A stretch of DNA of 64,000 nt from an uncultured Planctomycetota bacterium (GCA_963737655.1 CAVTTN010000002.1:1-64000); one strand, 5' to 3'. Positions 10,270-25,452 are shown, counted from the first letter of the stretch. Numbers and translations are program-made. The notes: generated by a model from the sequence alone, not told the origin.

Positions 10270-11283
10270 ATGAGTGGTCGATTTTCGACGTCGAGGTGGC
10301 GGCTCGTCGGGTCGGGCTTGGTGGCCCTCCTGGTCTTCGCCGGGCCGGCGAGGGCGCAAGAGAGCTCCTCCAAGTCATCCGACAAGGGCCGGTCCAACGA
10401 GGACGGGGCCGTCGTCCGGACCTTGGGCAGCGAGGGCGGCTACCGCACCGAGGTGAAGAGCCGGACCACCGGCAAGCTCACGACCGAGGATCTGCGGCAG
10501 GCCTCGCTGCTGATGGCCGAGGTCTTCCAGCACATCGGCGAGGCGCGCGACAAGATCGACGAGGACGACTCCAAAGAGGCCCTCAAGGAGGTGAACAAGG
10601 CTCGCGACGCCATCAAGGCCATTCGCTCCATGTTGCCCAAGACCGAGGTGCACACCCGGACGCTCGCGCCCGACGGGAAGGCGATCTACGAGGACGAGCG
10701 CGAGGACCAGCCCGGTCGCATCCCCTTGTACGAGGGGATCCTGCACAGGCAGACCCTGGAGCCGATCCTGGCGGCCCGTCGCAGTGCGCTGGAAATCGCC
10801 GGTTACCGCGTGGTCGACGCCGAGACGATCGCCACCGAGGTCGTCGCCGACGTCGACTCGATCGAGACTCAGTTGACGAGGGCGGCCAAGGCCCTGGAGC
10901 GCGACAAGACGACCGAAGCCGCCAAGGCGCTGGCGACGGCCATGATCCATGGCCTCTCCGTCCATTACAACAAGGACGACTCGCCGCTGACCGCGGCCCG
11001 AGATGCGATCTGGATGGCGCGTCGCTCCCTGGAAGAGAACAACTCGACCCAGGCCCTCGTCAACCTGGAGACCGCGAGGCTCCGGCTGCAGACCTATCGC
11101 GGGTTGCTATCGGCGGACCAGCGCCAGGAAGTGGACCAGCTGCTCCGCGACATCGCGGAGCTTGAGGGCGAGCTCCGCCAGGAGGGGAACCGGTCGGTCA
11201 GCAGCGCCGAACGGGCTCGCCAGGGCAACTTGCTGACCAAGTGGTGGGACCGGGTCAACGGCTGGTTCCACCGGCATCTCTGA
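10270..11283 (+). CDS. YfdX-like secreted protein
   Basis: Signal peptide ending ARA-QE; helical AREAL/ARxAL-type repeats typical of YfdX. Confidence 0.6.
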   Translation: MSGRFSTSRWRLVGSGLVALLVFAGPARAQESSSKSSDKGRSNEDGAVVRTLGSEGGYRTEVKSRTTGKLTTEDLRQASLLMAEVFQHIGEARDKIDEDDSKEALKEVNKARDAIKAIRSMLPKTEVHTRTLAPDGKAIYEDEREDQPGRIPLYEGILHRQTLEPILAARRSALEIAGYRVVDAETIATEVVADVDSIETQLTRAAKALERDKTTEAAKALATAMIHGLSVHYNKDDSPLTAARDAIWMARRSLEENNSTQALVNLETARLRLQTYRGLLSADQRQEVDQLLRDIAELEGELRQEGNRSVSSAERARQGNLLTKWWDRVNGWFHRHL

Positions 11284-11388
11284 CCGTCGACCCGGGGGCC
11301 GCGTGCCACGCCCCCGGCGCCCATCGGGCGCGTGGGGCTTCCGGGTGTCGGTCGAAACGACCGTCTTCATGAGAGGAGCGAAGTGCTC

Positions 11389-12003
11389 ATGGTGATCGTC
11401 TTGTCGCAGAACTGGTGGGCCCTGGCCTTGCGGGGCCTCTTCGCCATGCTCTTCGGGATCGCGTCCTTCGCCTGGCCGGGGATCACCTGGGGGGCGCTGG
11501 TGCTCCTCTACGGCGTCTATGCCGCGGTCGACGGCAGCTTCGCCATCGCGGCGGCCGTGGCCGGCCGAACCGGGGGCATGCCCTGGTGGGCCATGCTGGT
11601 GCAGGGCCTGGTCGGCGTCGCCATGGGGATCATAACCTTCCTCTGGCTTCCCGTCGCCGAACTGGCGCTGCTCTACGTGGTCGCGGCCTGGGCCATCATG
11701 ACGGGCCTGTTCCAGGTCATCGCCGCCATCCGACTCCGCAGGGAGATCGAGGGCGAGTGGTTGCTGGCCCTGGGTGGCATCGCCTCGATCCTGTTCGGCC
11801 TGCTCGCGGCGATGCGGCCCGTCGCGGGGGTGGTGGCCATCTCCTGGATGATCGGGGCCTATGCGATCGTCTTCGGCACCCTGATGATCGCCCTCGGCTT
11901 CCGGATGAGGGATTGGGCACGTCGGCTTTCGCGCATCACGGTCGGTTCGTCGATCGGGCCGGCGGCCTCGGTGGCGCCCGGTTCACGGAATGCGGCACTC
12001 TAA
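11389..12003 (+). CDS. HdeD/DUF308-family acid-resistance membrane protein
   Basis: NWWALALRG...WPG, AAIRLRREIEGEW; about six TM segments. Confidence 0.88.
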   Translation: MVIVLSQNWWALALRGLFAMLFGIASFAWPGITWGALVLLYGVYAAVDGSFAIAAAVAGRTGGMPWWAMLVQGLVGVAMGIITFLWLPVAELALLYVVAAWAIMTGLFQVIAAIRLRREIEGEWLLALGGIASILFGLLAAMRPVAGVVAISWMIGAYAIVFGTLMIALGFRMRDWARRLSRITVGSSIGPAASVAPGSRNAAL

Positions 12004-12159
12004 TGGCGTCGGAGATTCGTTGGAGCCGGAGCGGTGCGAGGAGGTCGGGGCACGAAGGCTGTGTTCCGGCCGCTCCTCGCCGCGTGGTGCCGCAAATCGG
12101 TCGCGGATTTCGTCGCCAGAGCCCCGACTCCGGGATGAAGCCCCGGAAGGAGTCTTGCC

Positions 12160-14086
<1,927 letters not shown>

Positions 14087-14157
14087 GCCCGTCCCGGTCT
14101 CGGATCCGATGGGAGCGGCGACGGTCCGCCCCTGCCCCCTGCGGAGGCGACGTGATC

Positions 14158-14892
<735 letters not shown>

Positions 14893-17667
14893 GTGCAGAA
14901 TCAACAGACTTGCTGTGTGAGGCGTTCAAGCTGTTCGCAGCGGTAGTAGCGGCAGACCCGCTCCTCCACCTCGGCCGCCGTCAGCTTCCGCTCCGCCTCG
15001 ATGATCGCCCGCTTGCCGTGGACCCACTTCGGCTCGATCGCGTTGAGCCACGGCGACTTGACCGGCAGGTAGCAGGCCACGATCCGCACCCCGCCACCGG
15101 CCTTCGCCCGGCGGTTATGCTCCCGGATCCAGGCCCGCGCCCGCTCTGACGTGCCAGGCCGCGTTGTCCCAGACCAGCAGCAGCGCCGTCTTCCCCTCGG
15201 CGGCCAGCCGCGTGCAGGCCCAGGCCAGGAAGTCCTCGGTCACCTGGCTGACCGGCCGGCCCCGGACGAACCGCAGCAGCATCCCGCCGGTGTCGCCGCG
15301 CAGCAGCCCGTAGCAGGCCGGCGCCTTCGGGTCGGTGTCGGCGGCGTCGGCCGCCGGCTCGCGCAGCCGCCGCGGCTGGCCGCCGGCCCAGGCATGCAGC
15401 GCCGGCCGGGCCAGCCGGCTCCACCAGACCTCGTCCTGGAAGCCGAGCACCCAGTCGGGGTGCGACGCCGCCAGGCGGATCAGCCGGTCGCGCGCGTTTC
15501 TTTTCGCAGGTACGCCGGGTCGGGGCTGGTGATCCAGGCCTTGGCCCGCTTCCAGCCGGCTCCGAGGCGCCTCAGGGCCTGGCGGATCGTCTCGCCGCTG
15601 ACCGGCCGCGCGGTCAGGCCCTCGGCGAAGGCGACCTCGGCGGCCAGGGCCAGCGTCCAGAGCGAGGTCGGCTTGCCGAAGTCGCGGGGGCTGCGGTGCA
15701 GCAGGGCCCGCAGCCGCTCGCACCCGGCGTCGTCGATCTCCGGCCGGGCGGACCTGGGGCGATGCGAGCCCCTCGTTGAGGCAGTCGGTGCCGATGGCGT
15801 GGAAGGCGCGGATAGCGTTGCGGGCGGTCTGCGCCGAGCCGCCGAGCCGGGCGCCGATCAGGGCGGGCTTGAGCCCCTCGGCGCTGGCCAGGAGGATCTG
15901 GGAGCGCCGCAGGGTGAAGGCCGAGGGGGAGCGCAGGCCGTCCCTAAGCAGTAGTTTCCCTGAAAATCGAGCAACCGATCTGAAGTTCCGTATATCTTGA
16001 GCGGGGCATCTCCCCAGCGGACCTTGATGGGTGCTTACCCTCCCATCAACTCCGCAAACGGAGATGCCCCGATGCGGCAGGCTACAGTCGTCTGGTCCCT
16101 CTGGCAACTACTCCTCAAACCCTTCGCCTCCGCATTCACTCGACCCGGCTACCGCCGCTTCGTCGAGTGGGTCACCGCTCTATCCCTCAACGTCGAGGAG
16201 CACACCATCACCCAGTCGGTCGTCGCCATCGAGCGACTGGCCGACTGGAAGGCCCTGGAATCCTTCGCCGAGTACGCCGTCTGGAAGCCCGAGATCCTCA
16301 CCAGCAACCTCTCCGGACTCATCGACGAGGCTCCCGGCCGGATCTGGCACGGCTATCGGATCTCGGCCGTCGATGACACCAAGGTCCATCGCTCGGGCGA
16401 GCACGTCTGGGGCACATGCACCTTCCACGAATACACCGCTCGCTGTCCCAACCGGGCCACCACCGTCCGGGCTCACAACTGGGTCTGCCTCGGGGCCTTG
16501 CTCAAGAACGATGGCCAGCCCGCCTGGTATCTGCCGATCTCCGGGCGGCTCTACTTCCGCAAGTCGCAACTCCCCTTCCGCTGTGGCGTCGCCGGCCCCA
16601 AGCAGGTCTTCCGGACCAAGTGCGAACTGGCCGTCGAACTGCTGCGGGAACAGGCCCGGATCAACGCCGGGCCTCACCTGGGCGTCTTCGACGGCGGCTA
16701 CGCCCTGAAGAATGTCGTTCGGCCACTGGTCATGGCCGAAGAGGGCTTGCCTCGCATCGACTTCCTGACCCGGTTGCGGCACGACGCCCGACTCCACGCC
16801 CTGCCGCCGGCCAAGCGACCCAAGGGGAAACGAGGCCGGACTCCCGTGTGGGGCAAGAAGCTGTCCCCGCCTCGCCAGGGGGGACGCTGGCCCGGGGATT
16901 GGAAGAAGGGCGAGGCCTTTATCTACGGCCGGGTGCGAAAGGTCCGTTGGAAGGAGATCGCCTGCCTCTGGCGGGTGCTCGGACATGACGTGACGGTCAA
17001 GGCGGTGGTGGCCGAGGTCGAGGGTTACCAGAAGCGATTCACGGTGGTGAGTTCGGCGTTGGGTCTGAGCGGGTTGGAGATGGTCGAGTTGTTCGCCGCG
17101 AGGTTCCGCCAGGAGGACGGGTTCCGGGACCTGAAGCAGAGGCTGGGATGGGAGGAGTGTCGAGCCTGGACGAAGTCGCCGATCGAGCGGACGACGCAGG
17201 TGCAATGGATCACTATGAGCCTGCTGCGGCTGTTGCAATTCGCGTTGGATGAGCGAGGATGCACGGATTGGTGGTCGCCGCCGCCGTGGAACAAGAAGAA
17301 GGACCGAGCGAGCGTGCTGGACGTGGAGCGGTTGCTGAGGCGTCATCGGCCGGAAATCCAGCGTCTCCTCTCGAACTGGCTGAAACACGAGGAGAAAGTG
17401 GCCTGAGTGTAGGCCGCGATGAAGTATCGCAGATGGATCCGACGCACTCAAGGTGTCGGACGCCTGGTTTTCAGGGCCTCGGGAGCCGCTCGGCGGCGTC
17501 GAGGGGACGGAGATGCTACGCGACGTCGCGACGAGAGTGTCGATTTCCAGGGAAACTACTGCCTAAGGGCCCGGTGCTCCTCGGGGGACAACGGGCGGAC
17601 GAACAGGGGTGGCTTCATACCCTCTGTACGACGATGCCATCGAAAAGGATCAGCCTTGAATCTGCAC
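14893..17667 (-). mobile_element. IS630-family element, degenerate and interrupted by the IS at 15949-17561
   Basis: Ends GTGCAGA(A/T)TCAA; the ORF starts at 17618 (MKPPLFVRPLS...) and rejoins LRDGLRSPS; FQDEVWW, WDNAAWH and SPWLNAIE motifs. Confidence 0.85.
15949..17561 (+). mobile_element. IS4/IS701-superfamily element, copy 1 (transposase 15997/16072-17406)
   Basis: 22-bp TIR CAGTAGTTTCCCTG(A/G)AAATCGA; 6-bp TSD CCTAAG; DDT, DGGY and EDGFRDLKQ DDE motifs. Confidence 0.92.
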
Positions 17668-17721
17668 TAGGAGCGATCATCGTGCCAAACCTCCGGTCGA
17701 AACGAAGTAAGGGTAGACGCT

Positions 17722-19164
17722 CTAATGCTACTCCGTTAGCTGTTTTGGAGGGTCTGCGGACCGGCAGTATGGGCGATCATGCCGGCAGATCGGCACCAGC
17801 AGCCTCTGGAGCCCGCGACGGATCGCCGGCACCGTGATCACCGGCTCGGGATCCCCTTTTTTCCCGGCCGGGCCGGGGCACGCTTCGCTCGCAGCCGCTC
17901 CAACGCCAGGAAGCCGTAGGCCAGCATCACCAGGCAGGCGTGGTGGTGGAACCCCCGCCACGAGCGGCCCTCGAAGTGGTCCAGCCCGAGTCCCTCCTTC
18001 ATCTGCTGGTCGCCCTGCTCGACCGGCCAGCGGCTCCGCCACAGGCGGACCGCCGCGATCCGGGACGTGCCCGCCGGCAGGTTGCTGAAGGCGTATTTGA
18101 TCTGGCCGTCGGCCTGCTCCTCGATCAGGAGCCAGATCGGCTCGGCCCCGGCGCACTCCCCCGTGGCCCAGCCCCCGGCAGGCCGGACCCGCAGCCAGGA
18201 GAAGCGGCCTGACATCGGGCCCTTGGTCCCCTCGCGCCACGTCACCTTGGGCCGGGGCGTCTGCCCGGCCAACTCCTTGAGGCTGACCGGCCGCGGCGAC
18301 TCGTCGGTGAGCCGGCGTCGCTTCTGCGGGCGGCCGCCGGCGGCGGCCTTCGGCTCGACCCAGCGCGGCTCCTCGGCGAAGACGACCATCTCGTCGGTGA
18401 CGCCGACGACGTCGTGCAGGCCCCGCTCGGCCAGGCCATCGCGGAACGGCCCCGAGACCCCGTAGCCGGAGTCCGCCACGACGACCTGCCCCGGCAGGCC
18501 CTCGGCTCGGGCCTGGTCGAGCAACTCCAACGCAATCTGCCCCTTGCTCCGGGGGCGGCGGGCCTCCTCCGGGACGCCGGCCCGGTCGAGGCGATCCGGC
18601 TCGGCGAGCCACGACTCGGGCAGGTAGAGCCGCATGTTCAGCGGGTAGTGCCCCTCCGGGGCGACGTGGTGCACCGAGACGGCGCACTGGCAGTTGGCCG
18701 TCTCGCCCAGGGCGCCGCAGTACTGCCGCTGAACGCCGACGGAGTGCTTGCCCTGCTTGGGGAAGGTCGTGTCGTCGATGACGAAGATCCCCGCCGGGTC
18801 GGCGAATGCCTCGGCCATCCGCGCGCGGTAGCGTCGCCACACGGCCCGGTCGTCCCAGGTGCTCTGGCTGACGAACTGCTGGAGGGCCCGGTCGGGGTCG
18901 GCGACGGTGAGGCCGGCGGGCAGCGGGACGGCGCGGGCCATCGGCTCGATGCTCTTGCGGTCGGCGTCCTGGAGCAGGCCGCGGAGGTAGACGCCGCACC
19001 ACTGGCCCTGGCGGGGCCGGTTGAAGTCGTCGCGGGATCCGGCGGCGTAGTCGCCGAGCCGGTCGAGCACGTCGGGGTCGAGTTCGGGGGTGTAGGTCCG
19101 GTTCGTACTATCGGTACGAGCCGGACCGGCGAACCGTTCGTAGGATCTAACGGAGTAGCATTAG
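17722..19164 (-). mobile_element. IS701-family element (transposase about 17838-19070)
   Basis: IR CTAATGCTACTCCGTTAG; IDDTTFPKQGKHSVGVQRQYCG, ADSGYG, GLDHFEGRSW. Confidence 0.9.
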
Positions 19165-20060
19165 AGTCTGTCCCATATGTATGGTCAGGCTGTTTCTCGG
19201 TAGTGGAACTCAGCGTCCGCTTCGTCGGGCTCGAGCCGGTGGAGCATCAACTGGATCATGGCCAGCTTGATGAACGACTCCGATGACAGGAGGCTCTTCT
19301 CCCGGTCCTTGCTCAGGCGGCGACAGCGGCCCAGCCAGGCGAACGTCCGCTCCACCGTCCAGCGGATCGGCAGCCTCACCCGGCCCTTCTTCCCCTCGGG
19401 ACGGCTGATGATCGTCACCTCGAAGTCGGCGTTGGCCCCGACCCATTCGTAGAGGCTCATGTTGTGGTACTTCGAGTCGCCGAACATCCGCCGCACCCGG
19501 CTGATCGGCTGGCCCTCCAACCGGGCGAACAACTCGGACGCCGCCCGGCCGTCGTCGACCGAGGCGGCTGTGACCAGGACGGCCAGCAGCAACCCCATGC
19601 TGTCGACGACGATGTGCCGCTTCCGGCCGTCGACATTCTTGGCGTTGTCCCGACCCCTCGCCTCGCCGCCGGAGGTGGTGTCGACCGACTGGCTATCGAC
19701 GCTGGCGGTGGTCCGGGGGCGATAGGGCTTCTCCATCGCGCGGACCTTGCGGCGGAGCCGGTCGTGGATCTTGTCGAGGGTGCCGTTATGCCGCCACTCG
19801 TCGAAGTACCGCCAGACGGTGCTCTTGGGCGGGAAGTCCAGGGGCAGGTAGCGCCACTGGCAGCCGGTGCGGAGGACGTAGAAGACGGCGTCGACGACGT
19901 CCCGGAGGTCGGTCTTGCGGGGCCGTCCGCCCGGGTAGACGGGGATGAGCGGCTCGATCAGGGGCCATTGCTCGTCGGTGAGGTCGCTGGGATAGTGGTG
20001 AGTTCTCATCCTATTTCTACGCCGCTCGGACCGCCGGTGTTCCCCTTATGGGACAGACTC
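19164..20060 (-). mobile_element. IS5-family element (transposase 19185-20009)
   Basis: TIR GAGTCTGTCCCATA; TTA on both sides; YPSDLTDEQW, GCQWRYLP, RWTVERTFAW. Confidence 0.92.
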
Positions 20061-20618
20061 TTACTGAGCAAGAAGAGGTATTCGTGGGACTTCGTCGGCC
20101 TATCCGTCACGCTCTCCGGCATCGGATTCGGTTTCGACCAGATGATGTCGCTGCGGAGATACCAGCCGTCTGCCTGAAGTGCGAAAGCCACTTTCCATGG
20201 GATGCCAATCAAGTCTTTCGGTTTTATTTCTCCGACCGCAGGCGTATTACCTCCGCCCCAACGGCCTTCACCGCGGGGCAGTCTTTTGCTACGGCAGATT
20301 ACGTTTTTTGCCCCGCTCGCGGCGTTGGAAGATGTCGCCCATATGGGGGGTCTGGTTTGTCCCGCCACGAGTAGCGTAGCTGTCGCCGAGGTTTAACCAC
20401 AGAGTCCCGTCATCACGAAGGACACGTCGAACCTCACGAACGACCTGTACTTTCGCATTTACGAAGTCATCGGGCGAAGGCTCAAGTCCGATCTGCCCTT
20501 CCATGCCATAGTCACGAAGCCCAAAGTAAGGAGGACTTGTAATGCAGGTGTTTACAGATTGGTCCGGCATTGCTGCCATCATTGACAAACAGCATCCGGT
20601 AAGTATGGTGATAGTCAT
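20061..20618 (-). pseudogene. DNA methyltransferase (N4C/N6A, beta class) remnant, frameshifted and cut by IS5
   Basis: CITSPPYFGLRDY, GTLWLNLGDSY, IIWSKPNPMPESVTDRPTKSHEYLF; lower GC. Confidence 0.85.
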
Positions 20619-21121
20619 AATCGCAAACTCCATTTTGCGGTTTACAGGGGCGGTGGCCTCATACCATCGCCCCACCTTTCTAGCAGATTAGCGCCTTCGT
20701 TCAAGCGTTTATTGATAAAAAGATCGTTTGCTCCGCCTCTAGAAACCTGTCCTTCTTCCCATGAATGCAGGGCGGCGCAGCCGACCTCTTGGACGCTTCA
20801 GCGTCCGGCGGAGCTGCGATAGGCATGCGTAGGCGGCTTCAGCCGGTCGCCCCTCCTCGGGCGCCGGAACCCGGATCTCGCCGACGGCTTTAGCCGGATC
20901 GCCCAAGTGGTTGGACGCAGGACTTCGAGGGACCGCTGGTCCGGGGTATCGAGGTAAAGGAGATTGAGCGGGAGGGATTGTCCGCCTGGAAAGTCTCGCA
21001 GGGCCGCCGCTTCGCCCGGTCCAGCGGATTAGCCATTCCGCGATTCCTTTGAACCTCGGCTGAATTGGAGCGACTACTCTTTACGTCATCCAAACGAATC
21101 GGATCAGCAGGGGGAAAGGCG

Positions 21122-21703
21122 GTGTCACGCGGCCCAGAGGAAATCCTGGAAGAATGGCTGGTCATTGAGGCCCAAAGCGGCCGCCCCGCCGCCTTGCAGG
21201 CACTGGCCCACCGCTGGCACCCGCGACTCGTCGGCCATGCGTATCGCAGGACCAGACAACCAGATGCGGCTGCCGAGGTCGTCCAGGAAGCCTGGATCGC
21301 CATTATCCGCGGGCTACGGGGGCTAGAGGACCCCGCATACTTTCGCGTCTGGGCCTACCGGATCGTCGACCGCAAGGCCTTCGATTGGATTCGGCATCGC
21401 CGTCGTGGGCGTGATCTGGTGAGCCGGTTGGCTAACGACCCATCCCTGCACGACCCCGGGTGTGACCCGGGCGTCGAGGCCCGACGACGCGAGTCCGAAA
21501 GCCGCGAGGAGCCGATCGGGCACTTACGCTCAGCCCTCAGGTTGCTACCGGACGAATCCCGCATCCTGCTGACCATGTTCTATGTCGACGGACTCTCGGT
21601 GATCGAAATCGCCGAGGCTCTCGCGCTGCCGGAGGGCACCGTCAAATCTCGTCTCTTCTATGCCCGGAAACGGCTCCGGGATTCCTTCGAGGACCGATCA
21701 TGA
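21122..21703 (+). CDS. ECF RNA polymerase sigma factor
   Basis: AEVVQEAWI, FRVWAYRI, EIAEAL...GTVKSRLFYAR. Confidence 0.9.
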   Translation: MSRGPEEILEEWLVIEAQSGRPAALQALAHRWHPRLVGHAYRRTRQPDAAAEVVQEAWIAIIRGLRGLEDPAYFRVWAYRIVDRKAFDWIRHRRRGRDLVSRLANDPSLHDPGCDPGVEARRRESESREEPIGHLRSALRLLPDESRILLTMFYVDGLSVIEIAEALALPEGTVKSRLFYARKRLRDSFEDRS

Positions 21704-22128
21704 AAACCAACGACCGCAACTTTGATGCACTACTGGTCGAGGCCCTCTCACGCGAGGAGGCCGAGATCTTCCAGCGTTTGGGCAAGCCCTCCGTCTTCGA
21801 CCTCGTCACCGATACCTTCCGCGGCTCGATGCGGTGGCTGAACATCCTGGGCTCCGTCGTCACCATCGTCCTCTTCGGGTTGGGCGTCGTCTGCCTCGTC
21901 GGACTCCTCGGCACCGAGCACCCACCGACGATGCTCCGCTGGGGCCTGGGCTTCGGCTTCTGCCTGATCTCCGTCACGGCCCTGAAGCTCTGGTTCTGGA
22001 TGGAGATCCACCGGCACTCGCTCCTACGCGAGATCAAGCGAGTGGAACTTCAGGTGGCCCACCTCGGGGCAGAGCTCCGCGAGGCGAGGCTTGTACCCGA
22101 GCCGCGAGGCGACGAGCCTGGCCACTGA
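21700..22128 (+). CDS. Small membrane protein coupled to the ECF sigma (DUF6768-like, possible anti-sigma)
   Basis: ATGA overlap with the sigma gene; two TM helices; KLWFWME...LLREIKRVELQVA. Confidence 0.65.
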   Translation: MKTNDRNFDALLVEALSREEAEIFQRLGKPSVFDLVTDTFRGSMRWLNILGSVVTIVLFGLGVVCLVGLLGTEHPPTMLRWGLGFGFCLISVTALKLWFWMEIHRHSLLREIKRVELQVAHLGAELREARLVPEPRGDEPGH

Positions 22129-22267
22129 TGGGCGCAGTGAAGCGGGTTGCTCTTGCGACGGAACCCGGAGGAGAGCCGACGGCCAACGGCTGGATCGCCC
22201 GAGCCTTGATGAAGGAATTCGGAGAGGATAGGATAAAGCGAAGTCCGCTCGTCGTCATGAGGCCAAG

Positions 22268-22513
22268 ATGGCTTACCACTGCCCCACTTGCCGCAGGACG
22301 ATCCTAAGCCGCAGGAACAAGCTGTGCGGCTTCTGCGGTAAACCCATTCCGCAGGAGTTGCTTTTCACTGCGGCTGAAGTCGAAGTGATCGAGGCGGCTG
22401 AGCGGAAGCGAGCGGAGGCGAGCCGGCTTCGGGACGAGGAACGCGTCAAAGAAGCCACAAGAAGGAATGCTTCCAGTGGCGAAGATGGTGGCGGCTTCCC
22501 CATGGGTTTTTGA
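22268..22513 (+). CDS. Hypothetical Zn-ribbon protein
   Basis: CPTC...CGFCG followed by a charged helix. Confidence 0.5.
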   Translation: MAYHCPTCRRTILSRRNKLCGFCGKPIPQELLFTAAEVEVIEAAERKRAEASRLRDEERVKEATRRNASSGEDGGGFPMGF

Positions 22514-22581
22514 GAAGGTGATTTTCGAGTGGAGTCCAGCCCACGCAATTCCCCCGCGATCTCAATACGGACGGATCTCCC

Positions 22582-23115
22582 ATGCGGCCACAAATTTCCA
22601 TCCGCCTCCTCATTACCAGCATCTTTCTGTGTGGAATCGGTTTTGCTGCCCTGACTGAACCGACGAGGCTTTGGGCCTCTGTTCTGTTCGCCTTGGCCTT
22701 GTTCGCGTTCGGAGTAGCCACCCTGGCCGCCGTGTTCAGTCGAGGGTCAAATAGAGTTACCTACACAGGATTTGTTTTCTTCGGCTCGGTCTACCTCGTA
22801 CTCGCCTTTGGCCCCTGGTTTCGCGAAGAGGTTCGTCCCCATCTTCCAACGACCTGGCTCATCGAAAATCTTCCACAGAAGCATTCGGAAATTCTCAAAT
22901 GCCCCGATGACCTGGAGACGATCCCTGGACCCGGCAACCTAACGTATAGCGTGGGCGGTTTTCATCGCTGGAATTCCGTCCCGTTTGTTGCATCTCCCAA
23001 ATTGGATGTATCGATTCGTGAACAAATCGGGCACTCATTGTTCGCCTTCATCTTCGCTTTCATGGCGAGCAGCATCGCTCGGTTTAGATTCCCATCGCCG
23101 AACCCAAGAAGCTAA
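22582..23115 (+). CDS. Hypothetical membrane protein
   Basis: Hydrophobic segments; MRPQISIRxLL-type N-terminus. Confidence 0.6.
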   Translation: MRPQISIRLLITSIFLCGIGFAALTEPTRLWASVLFALALFAFGVATLAAVFSRGSNRVTYTGFVFFGSVYLVLAFGPWFREEVRPHLPTTWLIENLPQKHSEILKCPDDLETIPGPGNLTYSVGGFHRWNSVPFVASPKLDVSIREQIGHSLFAFIFAFMASSIARFRFPSPNPRS

Positions 23116-23219
23116 CGCCACCTCAGGCGAGTTCTGAACGCCCTCAAATGGTCCGGGGGCTGGCCTACTGCCGTAAACTTGGACGAGCCTTCACCAAACG
23201 CGACCAGCTTGGGGATTCC

Positions 23220-23696
23220 ATGGAAATTCTCGACGCCTACCTTGCCTCAATCAAGGACCTCCGCGCCGCCTACGACGGCATGACCAGGGAGCAGCTCAAC
23301 GCCCGCCCCGTCGAGGGGAAGTGGAGCGCATTGGAGGTGCTTTGTCACCTGGTCGACACCGATTTGATGACGGCGACGCGAATCCGTGCCGCCCTGCAAC
23401 GGGACACGCCGAGGCTGCCGGCAGCGACCTTCGAGGAGCTGACCGCGAAGCTGGCCGTGGATGCCCGTGACTCAGCGGAAGAGCTGACCTGCTTCGAGAC
23501 CATCCGCAGCCAGACGGCCCGGATCGTTGGCTCGTTCCCGGAATCCGCCCTCGACAGAGACTTGATTCTCGTCAAGGTCACCGGCGAGGAGGTCACGAAG
23601 ACAGTGAGGGGGCTTTTGACTGGAATCACCGGGCATGTGACGCATCACCTGGGCTTCGTCATCGAGAAGCGAAAGGCGTTGGGGCTGGCTGGGTGA
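23220..23696 (+). CDS. DinB-family protein
   Basis: GKWSALEVLCHL...HVTHHL. Confidence 0.85.
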   Translation: MEILDAYLASIKDLRAAYDGMTREQLNARPVEGKWSALEVLCHLVDTDLMTATRIRAALQRDTPRLPAATFEELTAKLAVDARDSAEELTCFETIRSQTARIVGSFPESALDRDLILVKVTGEEVTKTVRGLLTGITGHVTHHLGFVIEKRKALGLAG

Positions 23697-25452
23697 AAGC
23701 GCATGACGGGCGGCGATAAAACGCCGAAAGCCGGGTAGGTTTCCCTACCCGGCCTCGGTTGTGGGTGCCCCGACTGCCGCTCGCGGCGGGTGCAATCCTG
23801 GGCGGTCGAGCCGCCGAGGAGCATGAATTTTTGGCGCGGAGCACTGTCGGAGCACACAGGTCTTATCGGCTCGCGGTCGGCGGGGCTTGAAGAGGCTTGC
23901 CGTTGAAAGGCCCACGGTAGCCGTTCCCGGCGCGGGTTGCTTGGTCACGTCCGCGCGATTATAACGGCGGCATGGACCGGCCGACCTCGATCCCTCAGCA
24001 CGTCTGGGACAGCCTTTCGGATGAAGCCCGTGTGGTCATCGGCTCCGTCGTCGAGGGATTGGAACGACGGGTCGCCGAGTTGGAACAGCACGTCCGGGAT
24101 CTGATGGCCCGCCTAGAACAGGATTCCACCAACAGCTCCAGGCCGCCGTCGTCCGACCCGATCGGCGTCAAGCGGAAGCCACCTGCGCCGCCGTCGAGGG
24201 AGCGCCGGGGCGGGCAGAAGGCCCATCCGCGTCGGTTGAGGGCCCTGGTGCCGCCCGAGCGCGTCGCCTCGGTCACCGACTGTAAGCCGACGGAATGCCG
24301 GCGCTGTCGACGCCCGTTGAGCGGGGTGGACGCCCAACCCCGGCGCCACCAGGTGGCCGAACTGCCGCCGATCGAGCCGGAGGTGCATGAGTGCCGGCTC
24401 CATCGCCTCGGTTGCCCCCACTGCAGGACGGTCACCTGCGGGACGCTGCCCGATGGCGTGCCCCGCACGTCGTTCGGGCCCCGTTTGCACGCGGCCCTCG
24501 GCGTGTTGACCGGGGCGTACCGGCTGAGCAAGCGGCAGGTCGTGCAGCTCGGCTCCGACCTCCTGGGCCTGACGATCTCCGTCGGAATGATCTCCAAGCT
24601 GGAGCGGATCACGGCGGAGGTGCTGGAGCAACCGGCGGCCGAGTTGGCCGAGGCGGTGAAGGCGGCCCAGGCGGCGAACATCGACGAGACGGGCTGGCGG
24701 GAGGCGCACCTCAAGGCCTGGCTCTGGGTCGTGGTGACCTCGGTGGGGGTCGTCTTCCGCATCGCCCGCTCGCGGGCCGGGGCGGTGGCCGCGGACCTGC
24801 TCGGTGAGGAGCCGAAGCCGATCGTCATCAGCGACCGCTGCCCCGGCTACGAGTGGATCAAGCTGAAGTCGAGGCAAGTTTGCTGGGCCCACCTGCGTCG
24901 CGATTTCCAGGCGATGATCGACCGCGATGGCGACGGCGCCGAGGTCGGACGGCAACTGCTCTGGCAGTCGAACGAGCTGTTCGAATCCTGGCACAAGGTC
25001 CGCGACGGCACCATCCAACGATCGACGTTCCATCAATACCTCGCGTGGCTGCGGCCGATGGTCCGTTCGAGCCTGGGGCGCGGGTCTCGATGTGCCTGTC
25101 CGAAGACGGCGGCGACGTGCGGCGAGTTGCTGCGCCTGTGGGATTGCCTGTGGACCTTCACCCAGGTCGACGGCGTCGAGCCGACGAACAACGCGGCGGA
25201 GCGAGCGTTGCGGCACGCCGTGATCTGGCGGCGGATCAGCGGTGGGACTGACAGCGAAGGCGGGAGCAGGTTCGTGGAGCGGATGCTGTCGGTGGTGGCC
25301 ACCTGCCGGCTGCAGAAGCGTAGCGTGCTGGAGTACTTGACGCGGTGTCATCAAGCCTATCGTCACGCCCAACACGTCCCCTCCCTTTTGTCGCCGGCCG
25401 CGTCCCTGACTCGCGCCGGGTGATCGTATCCGCTCGCCCTCTCGACGGAGAC

